A stretch of 64,000 nucleotides of DNA from the human T2T-CHM13v2.0 reference genome, Homo sapiens. Positions 30,575 through 46,770 of this stretch are shown here, in pieces (the stretch's first letter is position 1; each line of letters starts with the position of its first letter). The stretch is from NCBI RefSeq assembly GCF_009914755.1, contig NC_060934.1. The stretch is one strand, 5' to 3'. Below the pieces are notes generated by a model, which saw only the letters and a program-made list of their open reading frames with translations, did not search any database and was not told the origin of the DNA. The translations under genes and the position numbers were made by a program.

Positions 30575-30877
30575 GGCTTGGCACAGTGGCTCACATCTGT
30601 ATTCCCAGCACTTTGGGAGGCTGAGGTGGGCAGATCCCTTGAGCCCAGGCATTCGAGACCAGCCTGGGCAAGATGACGAAACCCAATCTCTACCAAAAAA
30701 ATACAAAAATTAGTCGGGTGTGGTGGTGTACGCACATAGTCCCAGCTACTTGGGAGACTGAGGCAGAAGAATCACCTGAGTCCAGGAGTTGGAGGCTGCA
30801 GTGAGCTGTGATTGTGATTGCGCTGCTACGCTCCAGCCTGCGCAACAGAGCAAGACCCTGTCTCAAAAAAACAAAAA
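30575..30877 (+). mobile_element. AluJ
   Basis: Full dimer. Confidence 0.88.
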
Positions 30878-32716
30878 TGAGAGACAAAGTTCATGCCAAT
30901 CAAATTTTCTTTATGGATCAAATGCTGTATTGGCCCTTTGAAGGGACATTTTTTGGCAAAATGTCATTTAGAAATAAGACTAGTGAATAAAGTGAGGGTA
31001 CAAGCTAGAGAATTCTATCTGATTCTTTAAATGAAACCTCGGTGTAAAGTAATGAGACTCATTTTCTTAGGTTGTGAGTGTCTCTGAGGATACAGTTCTG
31101 GAAATACTTTAAGCATGAGAGTAATATTGAAATAATTGTAGTTTTCTGATAACAACTTTAAAGGAACATTGGGATAAATGGACTTTTGGGCTGCTTATCT
31201 TAAAAAAGTAACAAAATGCAGAAAATGAATTCACAGACAGTGTAATTGTAGAAACTGACAGCTTCCTCTCTGGCTAAAAGTCTTCCAGTAACCAAATTGC
31301 TTATCTATTTGCTTCTATATTGGTCCTTGAATAGCCAGAAGAAGTCCTCCTCCACTTTCCCTACTTCACTATTTTAGACTTAAAAAAATTCAGCATGTTT
31401 CATTTTGTGACTCCTGAAGAGTTACTGGTCTTCCTGTTTAATTCTCCTATGTTCTGGGAAATATGGGAGATTTAAAATCTAGTGATAAAGAGACATGACA
31501 GACATCAGAAGACATGTTACACTCAGTTTCCAAAGGGCAGAGTACAAGACTTATGTTATTCTCATTCCAAGTGTGTGACATTGGTGCTGTACCCATATTG
31601 ATATCCAAGACCAACAGGACAGCCGAAGAGAATGGTCCCTGATAAGAGTTCATTTCTCTGCCTGCAGCCATCTGCAAACTGAAGTCTGTTGATAAGCACC
31701 CCATAAATTATAACATGAACAACCCATCCTCCAGTTTTAGAGGGAAGTCAGCTTACACCAATTGCACAGATAACAGGTTTTCAAGAAGGAAAGAAATTGT
31801 TATGAACACACTCCCTTCTTTCTTCCTGAGCTCCCTGCTGTGCAGGGGGAACTGGCAAAAACAATGACAAACCGTCTCCAGTTTCTGCAAATCACTCTCT
31901 CTAAGAGCTAAAATCAACTGTGCAAACCCCTTCCAAGCTACATAGGAGTGTCATGTTTAGACCATTCATCACTCTCCCTTACACTGGAGGAGTTTTTCAT
32001 GGACGGTGTTACTTCCTGAGCCAGCCTTTTCACTGTCACCAAGATTTATGCCTTATTACTCTCTTGCTAAAGGATTCCTCAAATTTCCTAAGGTCTTTCT
32101 CTTCCAACAGGATGAGTAGGAAGAGGACAACTCCCATTCGGAGATGTGGTTTACTTTTTTCTTTGAATTGTGAGTGATCTATGCTCTTCCTCCTCTTCAG
32201 TTGTCACCATAATTGATGGGCTTCTAGATATATTGGTTCAATGAAGACTCTATCAACATGACACCAACTGGGGCATTTGGTTTAGTCCTTGAAAAAAGTA
32301 ATTAATTCGGTGGAGAAAACATTGATTCAATTGTTGATTGATTGAATAGAATTTGTCAGAGTAGCCCCTGAACTGTGAGCACATAACCCAAGGAACATGC
32401 TACTGCAGTGTTATGGAAAGGACATCTGGAAACTTTTCAAAATCTCTCCTTAACAGGGTACCTTCCTCTCATACACCCCTGTGGCATAGCAATTCTAGTC
32501 TTCTTTCTGCCAAGTCAAATATGCTTGTAACTATCCACTATTTTTTGTGAACCAGCTTTCAGACACAGTTAAATATGAGATCTGAGAACTTAGTCCTAAC
32601 CCCTTTTAATGAGTACCTAGTAAGCCATGTTCACTGGGCCTTATATCATAGACTATCCAACCTGAGGATCCATTAGGTTGGAAGAGTAATTGACTTAAAA
32701 CCCAACACAAATGCCA

Positions 32717-33420
32717 TGGCAGACACTGTAGGTAGCCTATTAACTTATCATTTCTCTAGCCTCCTTTACAAACAGAACTCCAAGATGTTGTGGCATATGG
32801 TTGCAATGTGCTTCGTGGATCTTCCACTATCCCAGGAGTGAAAGCTGGCATGACAATTTTGCGTCCCTTCTTACACCAGGTTGAGGTATGGGCTTGGTGC
32901 ATAACTGTAGTCAATGAGACATGAGAGGGAATCTGCTGGAAACATTTTGAGAATGTCTTTCTGCCCTAATAAAAACGGATACAAAAGCAGCCTGGGCAAT
33001 ACAGTGAGACCCCATCTCTAAAAAAAAAAAAAGTTTAAAAGTTGGCCGAATGTAGTGATGCACACCTGTGGTTCCAGCTACCGGGGAGGCTGAGGTGGGA
33101 AGATTGCTTGAGCCCAGGAGATGGAGGCTGCAGTGATCTATGATTGCACCACTGCACTCCAGCCTGGGCAACACAGCAAGACTCTGTCTCTAAAATAAAT
33201 AGATATAGGAGGAACAATGGTCCGTTTCTGCCTCTGGACAAGTCTGTGAGTTTGGAAGCTGCCGTAGCCTTTTTGCTACCATTGGTGGAGGAAGAAGAAT
33301 GGGGCTGGGGGAGGGTGGGGCATGGTGGGGGGCGGGTTCCGGCAAGCTGAGGATGACAGAGGAGCAAGTGAAAAGAAACTTCTACCTTTGAAGGTATGAT
33401 GGAAGTGGAGGTCTGATACA
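32717..33420 (+). mobile_element. LTR33-like (ERVL), interrupted by a truncated AluJ (32987-33200)
   Basis: TGGCAGACACTGTAGGTAGCCTA...ACAGAACTCC...CAATGAGACATGAGAGGGAATCTGCTGG...GCTGAGGATGACAGAG. Confidence 0.55.
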
Positions 33421-34931
33421 AAATGTTGTGCCTTAGATGTGGGGCAGAGGAAACTATTCTGATGCAAATTTGCCTGTAATGGGCTTGCCCTGCCAGCTCA
33501 TAAAATTAAGGTGCTGTGATTTAGAAGAGACCTTGGGGTAAGATATTTTTATGGAGTCGTAGAACTGCTGTAGATCCACAAACACAGGACTGGGAATCTC
33601 AGTGGCTTTGGTAAAGATTATTTTGGAATGACTTTATTTCTTGTTATTTTGTTGACAGAGGTGTGATGAGGGGATTCTCTGTGGGTGAATTTCTGAATTT
33701 TTTGTATCCAAAGGGAGCAGAGAAATCTCTGAGTTGGAGATTCACATCCAGTGTTAAGTCATTTTTCAGCAGGCAACACTAGATTCTGGTCACAGATCTC
33801 CGAAGAAAATAGTCTCCTTCCCTCAGCCTCATTTACTCACACCATTAAGAGGTGGGAAGCATCCCCCAATTTTCTCTGCCCCCCTTCTCCTGAATTACTT
33901 TGTCTGGTAGAGGGAGAGAGTACAGCTGACAATCTGTGTTTTCTCTTGTGTGGGAGCAGCCTCACTTTGATCGCAACCCTTGACTTGATGGCGGCTGGCC
34001 ACATCCCAGAAGGAAGAAACAGGATAGAGTTAGGGCAGGTCATATTTATTTTAGAGGAAACAAAAAGGGTGGGGAGAACCTTCAGCAGATGAACGTGTAT
34101 ATGTCATGGGGCAGAATGAGGTAGAAGCCTGGAAAACATAAAACAGAAAGACAGGATTGAAAGACTCGATCATCCCAAAGTGTCACCGTTCATAAGGACC
34201 AGAAACACCACCAGGACGGATGCACACGTTTTTGTGAGATTTTGTGACGGCCAGGGTAAGGGTGGCCAGAAATCAAAGGATTCACTTCCCTCACTAGCAC
34301 AGTTTCCCAGTCCTGAATTCCCTGTGCATTATGATAACTGGATTCTTGTTTAATTCCTTGCAATGCCAACACTAACACACACTGTGCATTAGGGAAATAC
34401 TATAGATAGGCTTTCTCCCAAACAGCTGTCTCTTGTCTTGTTTTGAAAGCATAACCTTATGTAAATCAATAGGAAAATCCCTCTGCCTGTCTCCTGGAGC
34501 AAAGAGTAGCCTTGTAACCTCCTTTCCATGAAGTGGAACTGAAGTCATTGCAGGTGCGCTGTAGGACCCTGCTGTGGGCCCTCAGGGAGCCATCTGTTCG
34601 TTAGAGGATGAGATGGCCTTTGCTTAGGGAGACACAGATGGGTGGGCATTTGGCTTTTAGGCCAGGTCAGGTCACTAAGCTTGTTTCCTCTATGACTGTA
34701 ATCAAATAACTCATGCCTGACTCTGGTTAAAGAACTTTTTATTTAGAAAATATTTGCTATCATGGGAAGATGCTGTGTAGCTTGCATGCATCTCATCGCT
34801 CACCTCTGATTTAGAATTTAGAGATCCTTCAGAGATTTTTTATTTGGTTGGGTGTTCCATTTTCTGTGTCTGGACAGGTTGACTTGCTGCAAATATAGGG
34901 AAATAATTTTCCTCCCAAATGGCTCTCTGTC

Positions 34932-35070
34932 TTTTTTATTTTATTTTTTTGAGATAGGGTCTTGCTATATTACCCAGGCTGGCCTTGAACTTCTGGTCTC
35001 AAGTGATCCTTCCTCCTCAGCCTTCCAAGTAGCTGAGATTATAGGTGTGAGGCACTATGCCCACCTTGGT
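34932..35070 (-). mobile_element. FLAM (Alu left monomer)
   Basis: Single reverse-complement left arm. Confidence 0.8.
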
Positions 35071-35391
35071 TCTCTGTCTTGAATGATGAAAATGTGAATT
35101 GCCGAACCTAGAGTAAACTGGGCTTGAGGAATTAAAAGGACCCTTTAATTATTAAACAAATAATTCCTACAAGTAAAATTCCTTCAAGAGATTCTGGAGG
35201 ACTATTGATGAAATTCTGTCATTTTGTTAAATACTGAAAAATAGGTCCTATTATTTTAATCCTTCTAACATTGCCTTTTGAGCAACAGACATATAGAAAC
35301 ATTTCTACATCAATACGTTTGAGTTTAATGAATGAGTAATATTTGGGTGAAGTGTTTTGTTTAGGTGTTCCTCCTTCTCAATTCTTGGTAA

Positions 35392-36258
35392 TATAAACCA
35401 AAAATAAAATCCTCAGCCCCTCATCTGACTGAGTAGACCCCTTCTTTCAACAAGTATTTTCTACAGAAAATACTAGTTCTGGCCATGATGGGAAGGGAGG
35501 ATCAGGCATGCTTCATTCTACCCTCCTCCCTTTGGTATTCAGGCACAACTGACTAGCATTAACATTAAAACAGATTTTAAGATGGACAGAACAGACTTTT
35601 GTAGCAATAAGATACCAAATTCAAACCTGACTCCAGTGTAGCATCACATGACAGATATCAGGCCCTGAAAGAAATCAAAGTATTTTTACCCCAAAATATA
35701 TTTGACATATTTTGAAATGGCCCTGCAAAGTAAGGGAAACTTACATTCTGTAAAGAATTGCTTCCCCTTTCTAGGTCTTTTCCTGATCCTGAAGAAATTA
35801 GCTGAGAGTCTAGCACCTTTGAAAAGTCCAAATAGAAAACATTTGCCATGTATTGCCTCTAAGAGTGGCCACCTGTGAGACTTCATCTACAAAATAAGAA
35901 CTTCAGTCTCCACAACCCCTTATCTTAACCCACACACTCCTCCAGGTCTTTAGATAATAACTTAATTCTTTCAATGAATTGCCAGTCAGAACATCTTTGA
36001 ATCCATCTGTGACATGTAATCTCCTCCCCTGCCCCACTACTTAGAGTTGTTCCACCTTTCCAGACTGAACCAATGTATACTTTAGTATTGATTGATGTCT
36101 TACATCTCCCTAAAATGTATAAAACCAAGCTTAACTCAGCCACTTTGGACACATTCTCAGGACTTCCTGAGGCTGTGCCATGGGTCAGGGTCCTTACCTT
36201 TGGCTCAGAATAAATCTTTTCAAATATTTCATGGAGTTTGACTTTTTTTTTGTCAACA
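35392..36258 (+). mobile_element. MER4-family solo LTR (MER4D-like, ERV1)
   Basis: TATAAACCAAAAATAAAATCC...GTAGCAATAAGATACCAAATTC...GGCTCAGAATAAATC...GTCAACA; flanks GTAA/GTCA. Confidence 0.85.
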
Positions 36259-36810
36259 GTCACTATGAAGAAAAGATGTTACGATCCCGGTACTCACTGT
36301 GTCTTCATTGTAGACAATTTCTGTGCTCTAAGTAGAAGAAACTGGATATGATGTCAAAGTCTAAACTTGGTACACAAAAGCACTAGAAAGTTTGATATGC
36401 TTTGCAGAAAAGATTGTTTGCTTTTTAAGTTTATTAATTGTGAGATTTAATTAAATAGTAAGAACTCACAATACTTTTTATTTTTATAATGTTACTGGCA
36501 TGTACTTATTGTAATGACATGTACTTACCCTAGAACATTTAAGAAATTCAGAAAACATAAAGAAAATAATAAATACTACCAGCAATCTGAATTTCTAAAA
36601 AGTAAACACTACTAAAATTTTGGTATGCTTCCTTTCAGTGTTTTTATATACACATAAATAATTACAAAATTTAGACCATATTTTATATATAATTTTGTGT
36701 TCTATTCTTTCATAATAATCTTATAGTGCTTTTAAATTATTAACATTTAATTTCCAAGAAAACTTTTGGGAATTATCTGGAGTCTCTCAGGCCATTCAAT
36801 TTATATTTAA

Positions 36811-37193
<383 letters not shown>

Positions 37194-37671
37194 TAATAGT
37201 TATATGGCGATCCAGTGTCTTCTCCGTGATTTTATTGTTTTTTTCCTAAAAGTCACTTAACATAACCTTTGAACTTGAAATTCTTAAGACATCCACTGAA
37301 GTCATATGAATTCATTGTTCCTGTTTTGAAAAGTATACTTTTCGAAATGAGGTTGAAGCAATAATTCATTGATGTCTGAAGTTCACACAAGATGGGCTGG
37401 CCAAAATCCTGCCAGCCAGATTGTCTCCTGGTTGAGGGAAGACCTCTACTAGGGCTCCAAGATCCTGTTTAAGCTCTTTCAAGAAGGGCCCTGTCTAATA
37501 CCTCTATTATCATAGGAGCTCAAGGAATGTGTATGGCATGACTGAATAGCTTGTTTGGCTTACAGAAGGTGAGGGCATCTTCTGCCCTGGAGGAAAGGAA
37601 AAAAGGTATAAATGAACAGAGAATCAAAGAAAGAAAGAAATAATAGAAAGGAGAAACTAAACAGAAAGAAG

Positions 37672-38245
37672 TTGTGGTAGTTATTAAATATGTGTATAAA
37701 TTCTTTAACACCCCTTCCATTGGATGGGGAGTGTCTTTGTCCCCTTCCCTTAGAATCCAGGCAGATTCTGTGACTTGCTTGTAATCAATAGAACGCAATG
37801 GAGGTGGCACTTTTAACTTCTGAGGTTTGGTCTTAAGAGGAAGTGCAGCTTTATCTTATCTACTGGGACATTTGCTTTTGGAATTCTGAGCTGCCATGTG
37901 GAAAATGTGACCACCCAGTAGCCTCCATGTTGTAAGGAAGCCCAAGCCACTCGGGGAGGCCTTGGCTGTTGGTCCGATCAACATCCCCAGCTGCGGCCCA
38001 ATAGACCACCCGCTTCAACCCCCTTGGGGTGACCAAAGACAGACACCCCACTTGATTCTAACCTCCAGCCATCCAGTCATCCCCAGTGCTTGAATCTTCA
38101 CAGTTGAGGCCACAGGCGTCTTGGGACAGAAACCAGCCACTGTGCCCTTTGTGAATTCCTGACCCCTAGAATTTATGAGCATGATAAAATGGTGGCTTTG
38201 CTCCACTAGGTTTTTGAGTGGTTTGTTACACAAGAATAAATAGAA
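37672..38245 (+). mobile_element. MLT1 (G/H-like) MaLR LTR
   Basis: GAGCTGCCATGT...GGAAGCCCAAGCCAC...GAATTCCTGACCC...ATAAAATGGTGG...GGTTTGTTACAC. Confidence 0.75.
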
Positions 38246-39051
38246 GGGAAACAAAGACATGGATTGGGTCTGGGAAGGATGTGGAAAATCTTCCAGAGTA
38301 TATTTCTCTCTGAACTTGTTATGCAGTAAGCTGTCGAGGAATACAAAAACAGTGAAATAATTTTATGATATAGAAGAATGAACAGTGCTTGATTATGTTT
38401 CAAAGCACCTCAATCATCATTTTTTCCATTTGAAATGATATTAAATGTATCTATTATGTAGTAAATATATTATTCATAATAATAATAAAACAATTTTTTC
38501 AAGGCTAATTGTTTTATTCTTGGTTAATACAAGAAAAGCAGACACCAGAGGTTATTATTTAAACAATAAAAGAGGGTGTTATAGGAGCACAGAAGGCTTA
38601 ATGGAAAAAAATACATAAATAAAAGAGGGTGCTATTTGGGATGATAAAAATATTTAGTAATAAATTCTAAATTTTCTGAGTGAAAAAAGAAAACTAAGAT
38701 CTTAAAATCCTGCTCCTTACTTTTATACATATCTTTTATTGAGTACCCACTATATGCCAGGTTTTCTGCCAGGTGTGGGGGCTACGGAGATGAATAGGAA
38801 ATGAGCCCTGTTAATTGTAGCAGGTGTTGGCACTGTGGTTAGCATTTCCTTTAAAAAAAATCTGCTTTTTACCTTATGGCTCAGATCATATCTATAACCC
38901 ATCCTTTTAAGAAATGATAAGTGAAAGCATTGACTTTCACCTGTCACAGCCCCAGCATATCTGAGCCCATCAGGTAATTTGGGTAGAACATAAGGGCCTG
39001 TGAGCCTTCATTCAAAGCTCAAGGAAGAATTGCAAATCATGCTTTTTGGGT

Positions 39052-39331
39052 AACTGGACTGAATGTTTGTGTTTCTCCTTCAGCCAAATTCACATGCTGA
39101 AATCCTAACTGCCAATGTGAGGTTATTTGGAGGTGGGACCTTTGGGAGGTAATTAGTTTAGTTGAGATTGTAAGGGTAGGGCCACCATGATGGGATTAGT
39201 TCCTTATTATAAGAGGAATGGACACAAGGAGCTTGCACGCTCCACTCCATGAGGATATAGTGAGAAGGCAGCCATATGTAAGCCAGGAAGGGGGCCCTCC
39301 CCAGAACCTGGCCATGCCAGCCCCCTGGTCT
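39052..39331 (+). mobile_element. MLT1A-type LTR, partial
   Basis: TGGACTGAATGTTTGTGT...GGAGGTGGGACCTTTGGGAGGTAATTAG...GAGAAGGCAGCCAT. Confidence 0.8.
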
Positions 39332-40479
39332 GTATATGTAAGGTCTGTAAGAACATGATCAGTGCTTTTCTCCTATTTCCATCCTAGGAAGAGTCGGATA
39401 GAGTGCCTGGCACCCAAAAAGCTCTCATGAATGATTTCTTAAATGAAATTCTTCCTGCTATTTTTATACTTTATTAAAATAACAATATCCTTTCTTCCTT
39501 TCTATGTTCTTTCTGTTTTCTTATGATTTCTATAAAATATTTTATTTTTACAAGTAATTTAAATTTAACATTAAATCTATTGTTTATAGATGTAATACAT
39601 GCACATAGTTTGAAAGTTGGGATAGTGTTAAAAGACTTACAACAAAAACAGTGGGCTGGTGATCCCACCTCCATTTTTCCCTCCCCATACTGCTTCACAG
39701 AAGCAATCACTTTCAACTTTTGAGCGCTTTCATGTGGTTTCTGAGAAGAGGTGCTATTGGACTTTAGTCCCCTTTGATATTGCCTTCTGTATGTAATCCT
39801 AAAGTACTGTAACCCTAAGCAATGACTTAAAAGATAATTTTATATTTGATACTAAAAGCAGACAAAATGAAAGATGTAGAAAAGTAAAAACAAACAGTAA
39901 TTCTATTAACCAGGAATAAATTTTTCTACATATAATGGTGTGTTTTCTTCTTTTTTAACAAAATTGAGATTATATATACTTTGATACATACACAATTTGA
40001 GATATGTGCAATTTGAATCATGTCGTTAAAATTTTTTTTCCAGAATTTTTTTTGGTGATCATAATATTTCCTTAATTTAAGTCATAAACTCAATGTTGAG
40101 GGTTTTTAGATTGTTTCCAAAGTTTCCTGGTCCTAAAAATGCAATCATAAATATCACCATCATTATATGTAAGCCTTTCCTCAGTCTGATATCTTCCCTG
40201 AGATGAGCTACAGTCCTAGTAAGGAAGACTCAAGGGAATGTCATTGTGGCCTGTCCTGGTCCAAGGACGGTATGCAACAAATTCTTACTTGGTATTTCTA
40301 GATTGCTTTCCAGGGATTTTACACCAAATGACACCAAAGGAAATCGTGGGAACGTTTGGATCCTCAATAGAATGATGTGTTTGAGGTGTATATTAGAGAG
40401 TAGTCATCATTCTCAAATATTCTGAGACTGTAGCCACAGAACTTCACATAAACCCCGGGGTAAGATTGGAGAAGTGGAT

Positions 40480-40720
40480 TATTAAAGGAATGACTTGTGA
40501 GTTGTCAAAAAGAAAGCAGAGCTCACCAGCAGCTGTTCCCTAAGAACAAGTTGGTCATACTAACTTCTTTTGGTGGCAGAGTTTGTAGGGAATGGTATAG
40601 TGTTTCTGGATTTAAACAAGGGATTTGACAAGACTACTCATGGTAAACTCATGGGTGAAATGGAGGAACATAGTGAAATACAACCCTAATAAGAAGGATT
40701 AGAAGGATGTGATTTTTACA
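40480..40720 (+). mobile_element. L3/CR1 reverse-transcriptase remnant
   Basis: ~40597-40670 translates IVFLDLNKGFDKTTHGKLM, resembling the CR1 RT motif YLDFSKAFD. Confidence 0.55.
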
Positions 40721-40767
40721 CTCTAGAACTTAAACTTGAGCAGAAGTCTTAGGGAAACCTGTTTTCA

Positions 40768-41177
<410 letters not shown>

Positions 41178-41287
41178 TTAAATGCAGGTTGACTAATACT
41201 TGTTCAGGGAGGCTTAAAGGGGATGTGAGTACTGGATACATATTAGAATCCAATGACCTTTTTTTTTGGAATCCTTAGGATATATGA

Positions 41288-41561
41288 TTTTTTTTTTTGA
41301 CATGGGATCTTACTCTGTTGCCCAGGCTGGCTTCACTGCAGCCTTGGACACCTGGGCTCAAGCAATTCTCCTGCTTCAGCCTCCTGAGCAGCCAGGACTA
41401 CAGGTGCGCACCACCATGCCTGGATAATTTTTAAACTGTTTTGTAGAGACAGGGTCTTGCTATTTTGCTCAGCCTGGTCTTGAACTCCTGGGCTCAAGTG
41501 ATCCTCTTGCCTTGGCCTCCCAAAGTGCTGGGATTACAGGTGTGAGCCACTGCACCCAGCC
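41288..41561 (-). mobile_element. AluJ
   Basis: Reverse-complement dimer with a small deletion. Confidence 0.88.
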
Positions 41562-43369
41562 AGGATCTGTGATTTTTGCTATAGCCAGAGACATGCTTGG
41601 ATGAGATATGTCCCAAGCCATGTTCTCATGGGCAGGTCACCATGGGTATTAAAAAAGAGTGTCAATGGATAAGGGCAAAGCCATCTCAATCACAGGAACA
41701 GTCTAAAGAAACAGTAAAGAAACAGATGTCCTATTCATAGTGACTCAGCGTCTCATCACACTAAGTCCTGGACAGCTTGGGTGTAGTTAAAAGCCATTTT
41801 CCTGGGTGGATCACCAGGCTGCTCAGCAGGGGGCAATACAGCACAGTTCAAGAAGGCTATAATGTCACCCGAACATCACAGACCAGTCAAGGTGATCTTA
41901 ACCTGAGGGCAGAAGGATGCACTCAGAGATTGTGTCAGGTTCCTGTCTGTCTCGTAATTCCAAGGCACACTAACTCAGTGACCCAGAAAAAACAAGGATT
42001 TCCCATGAAACCAGGACTCTGAGCCAAAGCTGACCACCCACTGTCATCAACTCCCTTGGGAAGGGAAGCAACGTTCTCTGTCTCCCAATCCTACAAGCAG
42101 CAGGTCTGGCCTCTTGGCCTCAGAGCTTCTGCGTGTGCTCTCCAAATGCTCAGGGAGGAAACAGTCAGCCTGAACTTTGGATGTGGCTAATAGCATTCTC
42201 ATGACTTTCTTGCTCGAGGCTTGCCCCATCACCCGTACCGATCAGGGCTGGAAGTTTGGAGTCTGGATAGCTGGCTTCCTGCAGACAGAGCTGAGAGGCT
42301 CAGCCACAGCCAGCAATTCATGGAGGTCACCAGGTCATTGTTCTCTTCTGTTTTCTTGTCCCCTGAAGCAGCATTTTGAGTAAACAGCTCTTTCCTCTCA
42401 CAAACGAAGACATGAAAAATATTTTTGGGGTCCAGTTCGCTGCTTTCCTGGTCCTGTTTCCTGTGCTCTGTTCATACATTCCCTCTGATTTCTGTCCTTT
42501 TGGGGTGTATCATCATGACTACTAGGAATAGAGCAAATAGGCCACAACACTAATACTATTCCATTTCAGGAATGGTCTAAGTTACAGGAATCTTTTGTGT
42601 TTGGAAAGATACTGTGTTTTCTTTAAGGTATTTTCCTTGCAGCAATCAAGATTTTAAAAAATTCCACAAAGAAATATTTCCATTCTTGGTCATGCTTGAG
42701 ATGATGCATCACTTAGAATTGGATGAACATAATTAAAACAAGCAGGAGATTCAAATACATGCAGGAATATCAAGACTTCTGAATGCCAGTGCTGGAATAT
42801 AAAGTTGGCGTTTCTCATCAGCAATGCCTCTGTTCTGTTTTCCCAGCTTTATTGACTCCATCGATGGCTACACGCGTCTGCACAACCAACAGGCCGGCAT
42901 GCAACTGCTAACTGTACACAGATCCCCAGATTTTTGATGATGATGATTTCTTTAGGTAGGACAAACAAACATAAAATGCTTGGTGGAAAAAAATGTTCTT
43001 AGAATGTAAATAACATTTTGCATACCAGTCTGGCTGCTGCAATGATTAAAACTCATTCTGTTTTCTTGTTTATTCCAAGTTCATTGCTTAGAAACCACTG
43101 AATGTGGAGATGCAGAGTAAGTTATCTACTCTTTTAGCCTTCTCTTTGGGAGTCATTTATGTGATTCTTTTCCTTTTTTTTTTTTTTAATTTAATGTGTG
43201 TTTCCAGAGGTGGAAAAATTTGGTATTGTTCATCCTCTGTCTCCCAGTTCATTGATCTGAACTCAATGGCAATGATTTCATTATTTTGAGCTTAAATTCC
43301 TTAGGGGCATCTTGGCTTCATTCAAGCAATCATTATTTCTTGCCCAAATGTGTAAGAGTTTTCATAACA

Positions 43370-45295
<1,926 letters not shown>

Positions 45296-45418
45296 ATGGA
45301 CATCAGATGCCTGTCTCTGGCTTCATGTTTACCACTTTCCCCTCATTCACTGTTCTCTGGTCCCACTGACGTTCTTGTATATGTTGAACAAACTAAGTCA
45401 ATTTCTCCTGCATGTCTT

Positions 45419-46356
45419 TGTGATGGTTAATTTTATGTGTCAGCTTGTCTGAGCTAAGAGCTGCCCTTACAACCTAAGAGCTTGTAAAACATGATTTTTA
45501 GATGTGTCTGTAAGAGTGTTTCCAGGAAAGATTAGCATTTGTATCTGTAGACTGAGTACAGAAGATCCCCTCTCACCAACATGGTGGAGCTGGGGGGTTG
45601 GGAGGATCATCCAATTGGTTGAGGGCAACAAATAGAACAAAAAAGTAGAGAAAGGACACATTTTGCCTCTCCTTTGTTAAGTTGGGCCACCCATCTTCTC
45701 CTGCCCTTGGATATCAAAGCATCCAATCCTGAACCTTCAGATTCTGGGGCTTAGACAGGCATCCCTGCCTCCCTGCTTCTTCCCAGTTCTCAGGCCTTTG
45801 ACCTCAGACTAAGAGTTACATCAGGGACTCCCCTGGCTCTCAGACCTTTAGACTTGGACTGAACTATGTAACTGGTATTCCTGGTTCTCCAGTTTGCAGG
45901 TGGCATATTGTGAGATTTGGTCATCATAACCTCATGAGCCAATTCCTATAATAAATCTCCTCTTGGCCGGGTGTTGTGGCTCATGCCTGCAATCCCAGCA
46001 CTTTGAGAGGCCAAGGCAGGCAGATTGCCTGAGCCCAGGAATTTGAGACCAGCCTAGGCAGCATGGCGAAATCCCATCTCTACAAAAAATTAGCTGGGCG
46101 TGGTGGCACGCACCTGTAGTCCCAGCCACTCGGGAGACTGAAGTGGGAGGATCACCTGAGCCCAGGAAGTAAAGGCTGCAGTGAACCATGATCATGACAC
46201 TGCACTCCAGCCTGGATGATAGAGTCAGACACTATCTCAAAAAACAAACAAACAAACAAACAAAAACAAAAACCAAAACCAAAATAAGAAACCTCCTCTT
46301 AGGTCTCTCTGTCTATCCTGCTGGTTCTTTTTCTCTGGAGAAACCTGAGTAATACA
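45419..46356 (+). mobile_element. MLT2 (ERVL) LTR, interrupted by an AluJ (45965-46289)
   Basis: TGTGATGGTTAATTTTATGTGTCA...TCTCTGGAGAAACCTGAGTAATACA. Alu TSD is AAAYCTCCTCTT. Confidence 0.88.
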
Positions 46357-46359
46357 ACT

Positions 46360-46706
46360 TTTATATTCTAAATTTCTTGGAATGTTCTTTCTCCATGTCT
46401 TAATGATTATTTCTTTCTCTTTCTCATTATTCAGATTTCTGTTCAAATGTCACCTTCTCAGAAAGGCCTTCCTTGACCATCTTCTTTAAAACAGCACTTC
46501 GCTCTCTCTTCAGATCCATCTCTTTATCTTGCTTTATTTTCCTCATAGGAAGCATCAATATTACGTTATTATTTATTTTTTAGTTATCTTTTCTCTCAAG
46601 CTTCAAAAAGTAGGAATTTTGTCACATTTGCAGCTGTATCCCCAGCACCCAGAACAGTTCCCAGCATATAGTACCTCTCAACAAGCATTTGTTGAAAGAG
46701 TGAGTT
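46360..46706 (+). mobile_element. L2 3' end
   Basis: CAAATGTCACCTTCTCAGAAAGGCCTTCCTTGACC...CCCAGCACCCAGAACAG...CATTTGTTGAA. Confidence 0.75.
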
Positions 46707-46718
46707 GACAACGAAGTT

Positions 46719-46770
46719 GAACTTTGTCCTCTACGTATGAGAAGAAACTCATACGTAGAGGACAAAGTTC
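46719..46770. repeat. Perfect 23-bp inverted repeat with 6-nt loop
   Basis: GAACTTTGTCCTCTACGTATGAG-AAGAAA-CTCATACGTAGAGGACAAAGTTC. Confidence 0.97.

Noticed and set aside
31400-32600. Possible processed pseudogene in unique-looking DNA
   Set aside because: No sustained reading frame, poly-A/TSD pair or recognisable parent gene.
35658-35849. ORF containing YLDFSKVLD, resembling an RT motif
   Set aside because: It is antisense within a MER4 LTR and has no other RT motifs; coincidental.
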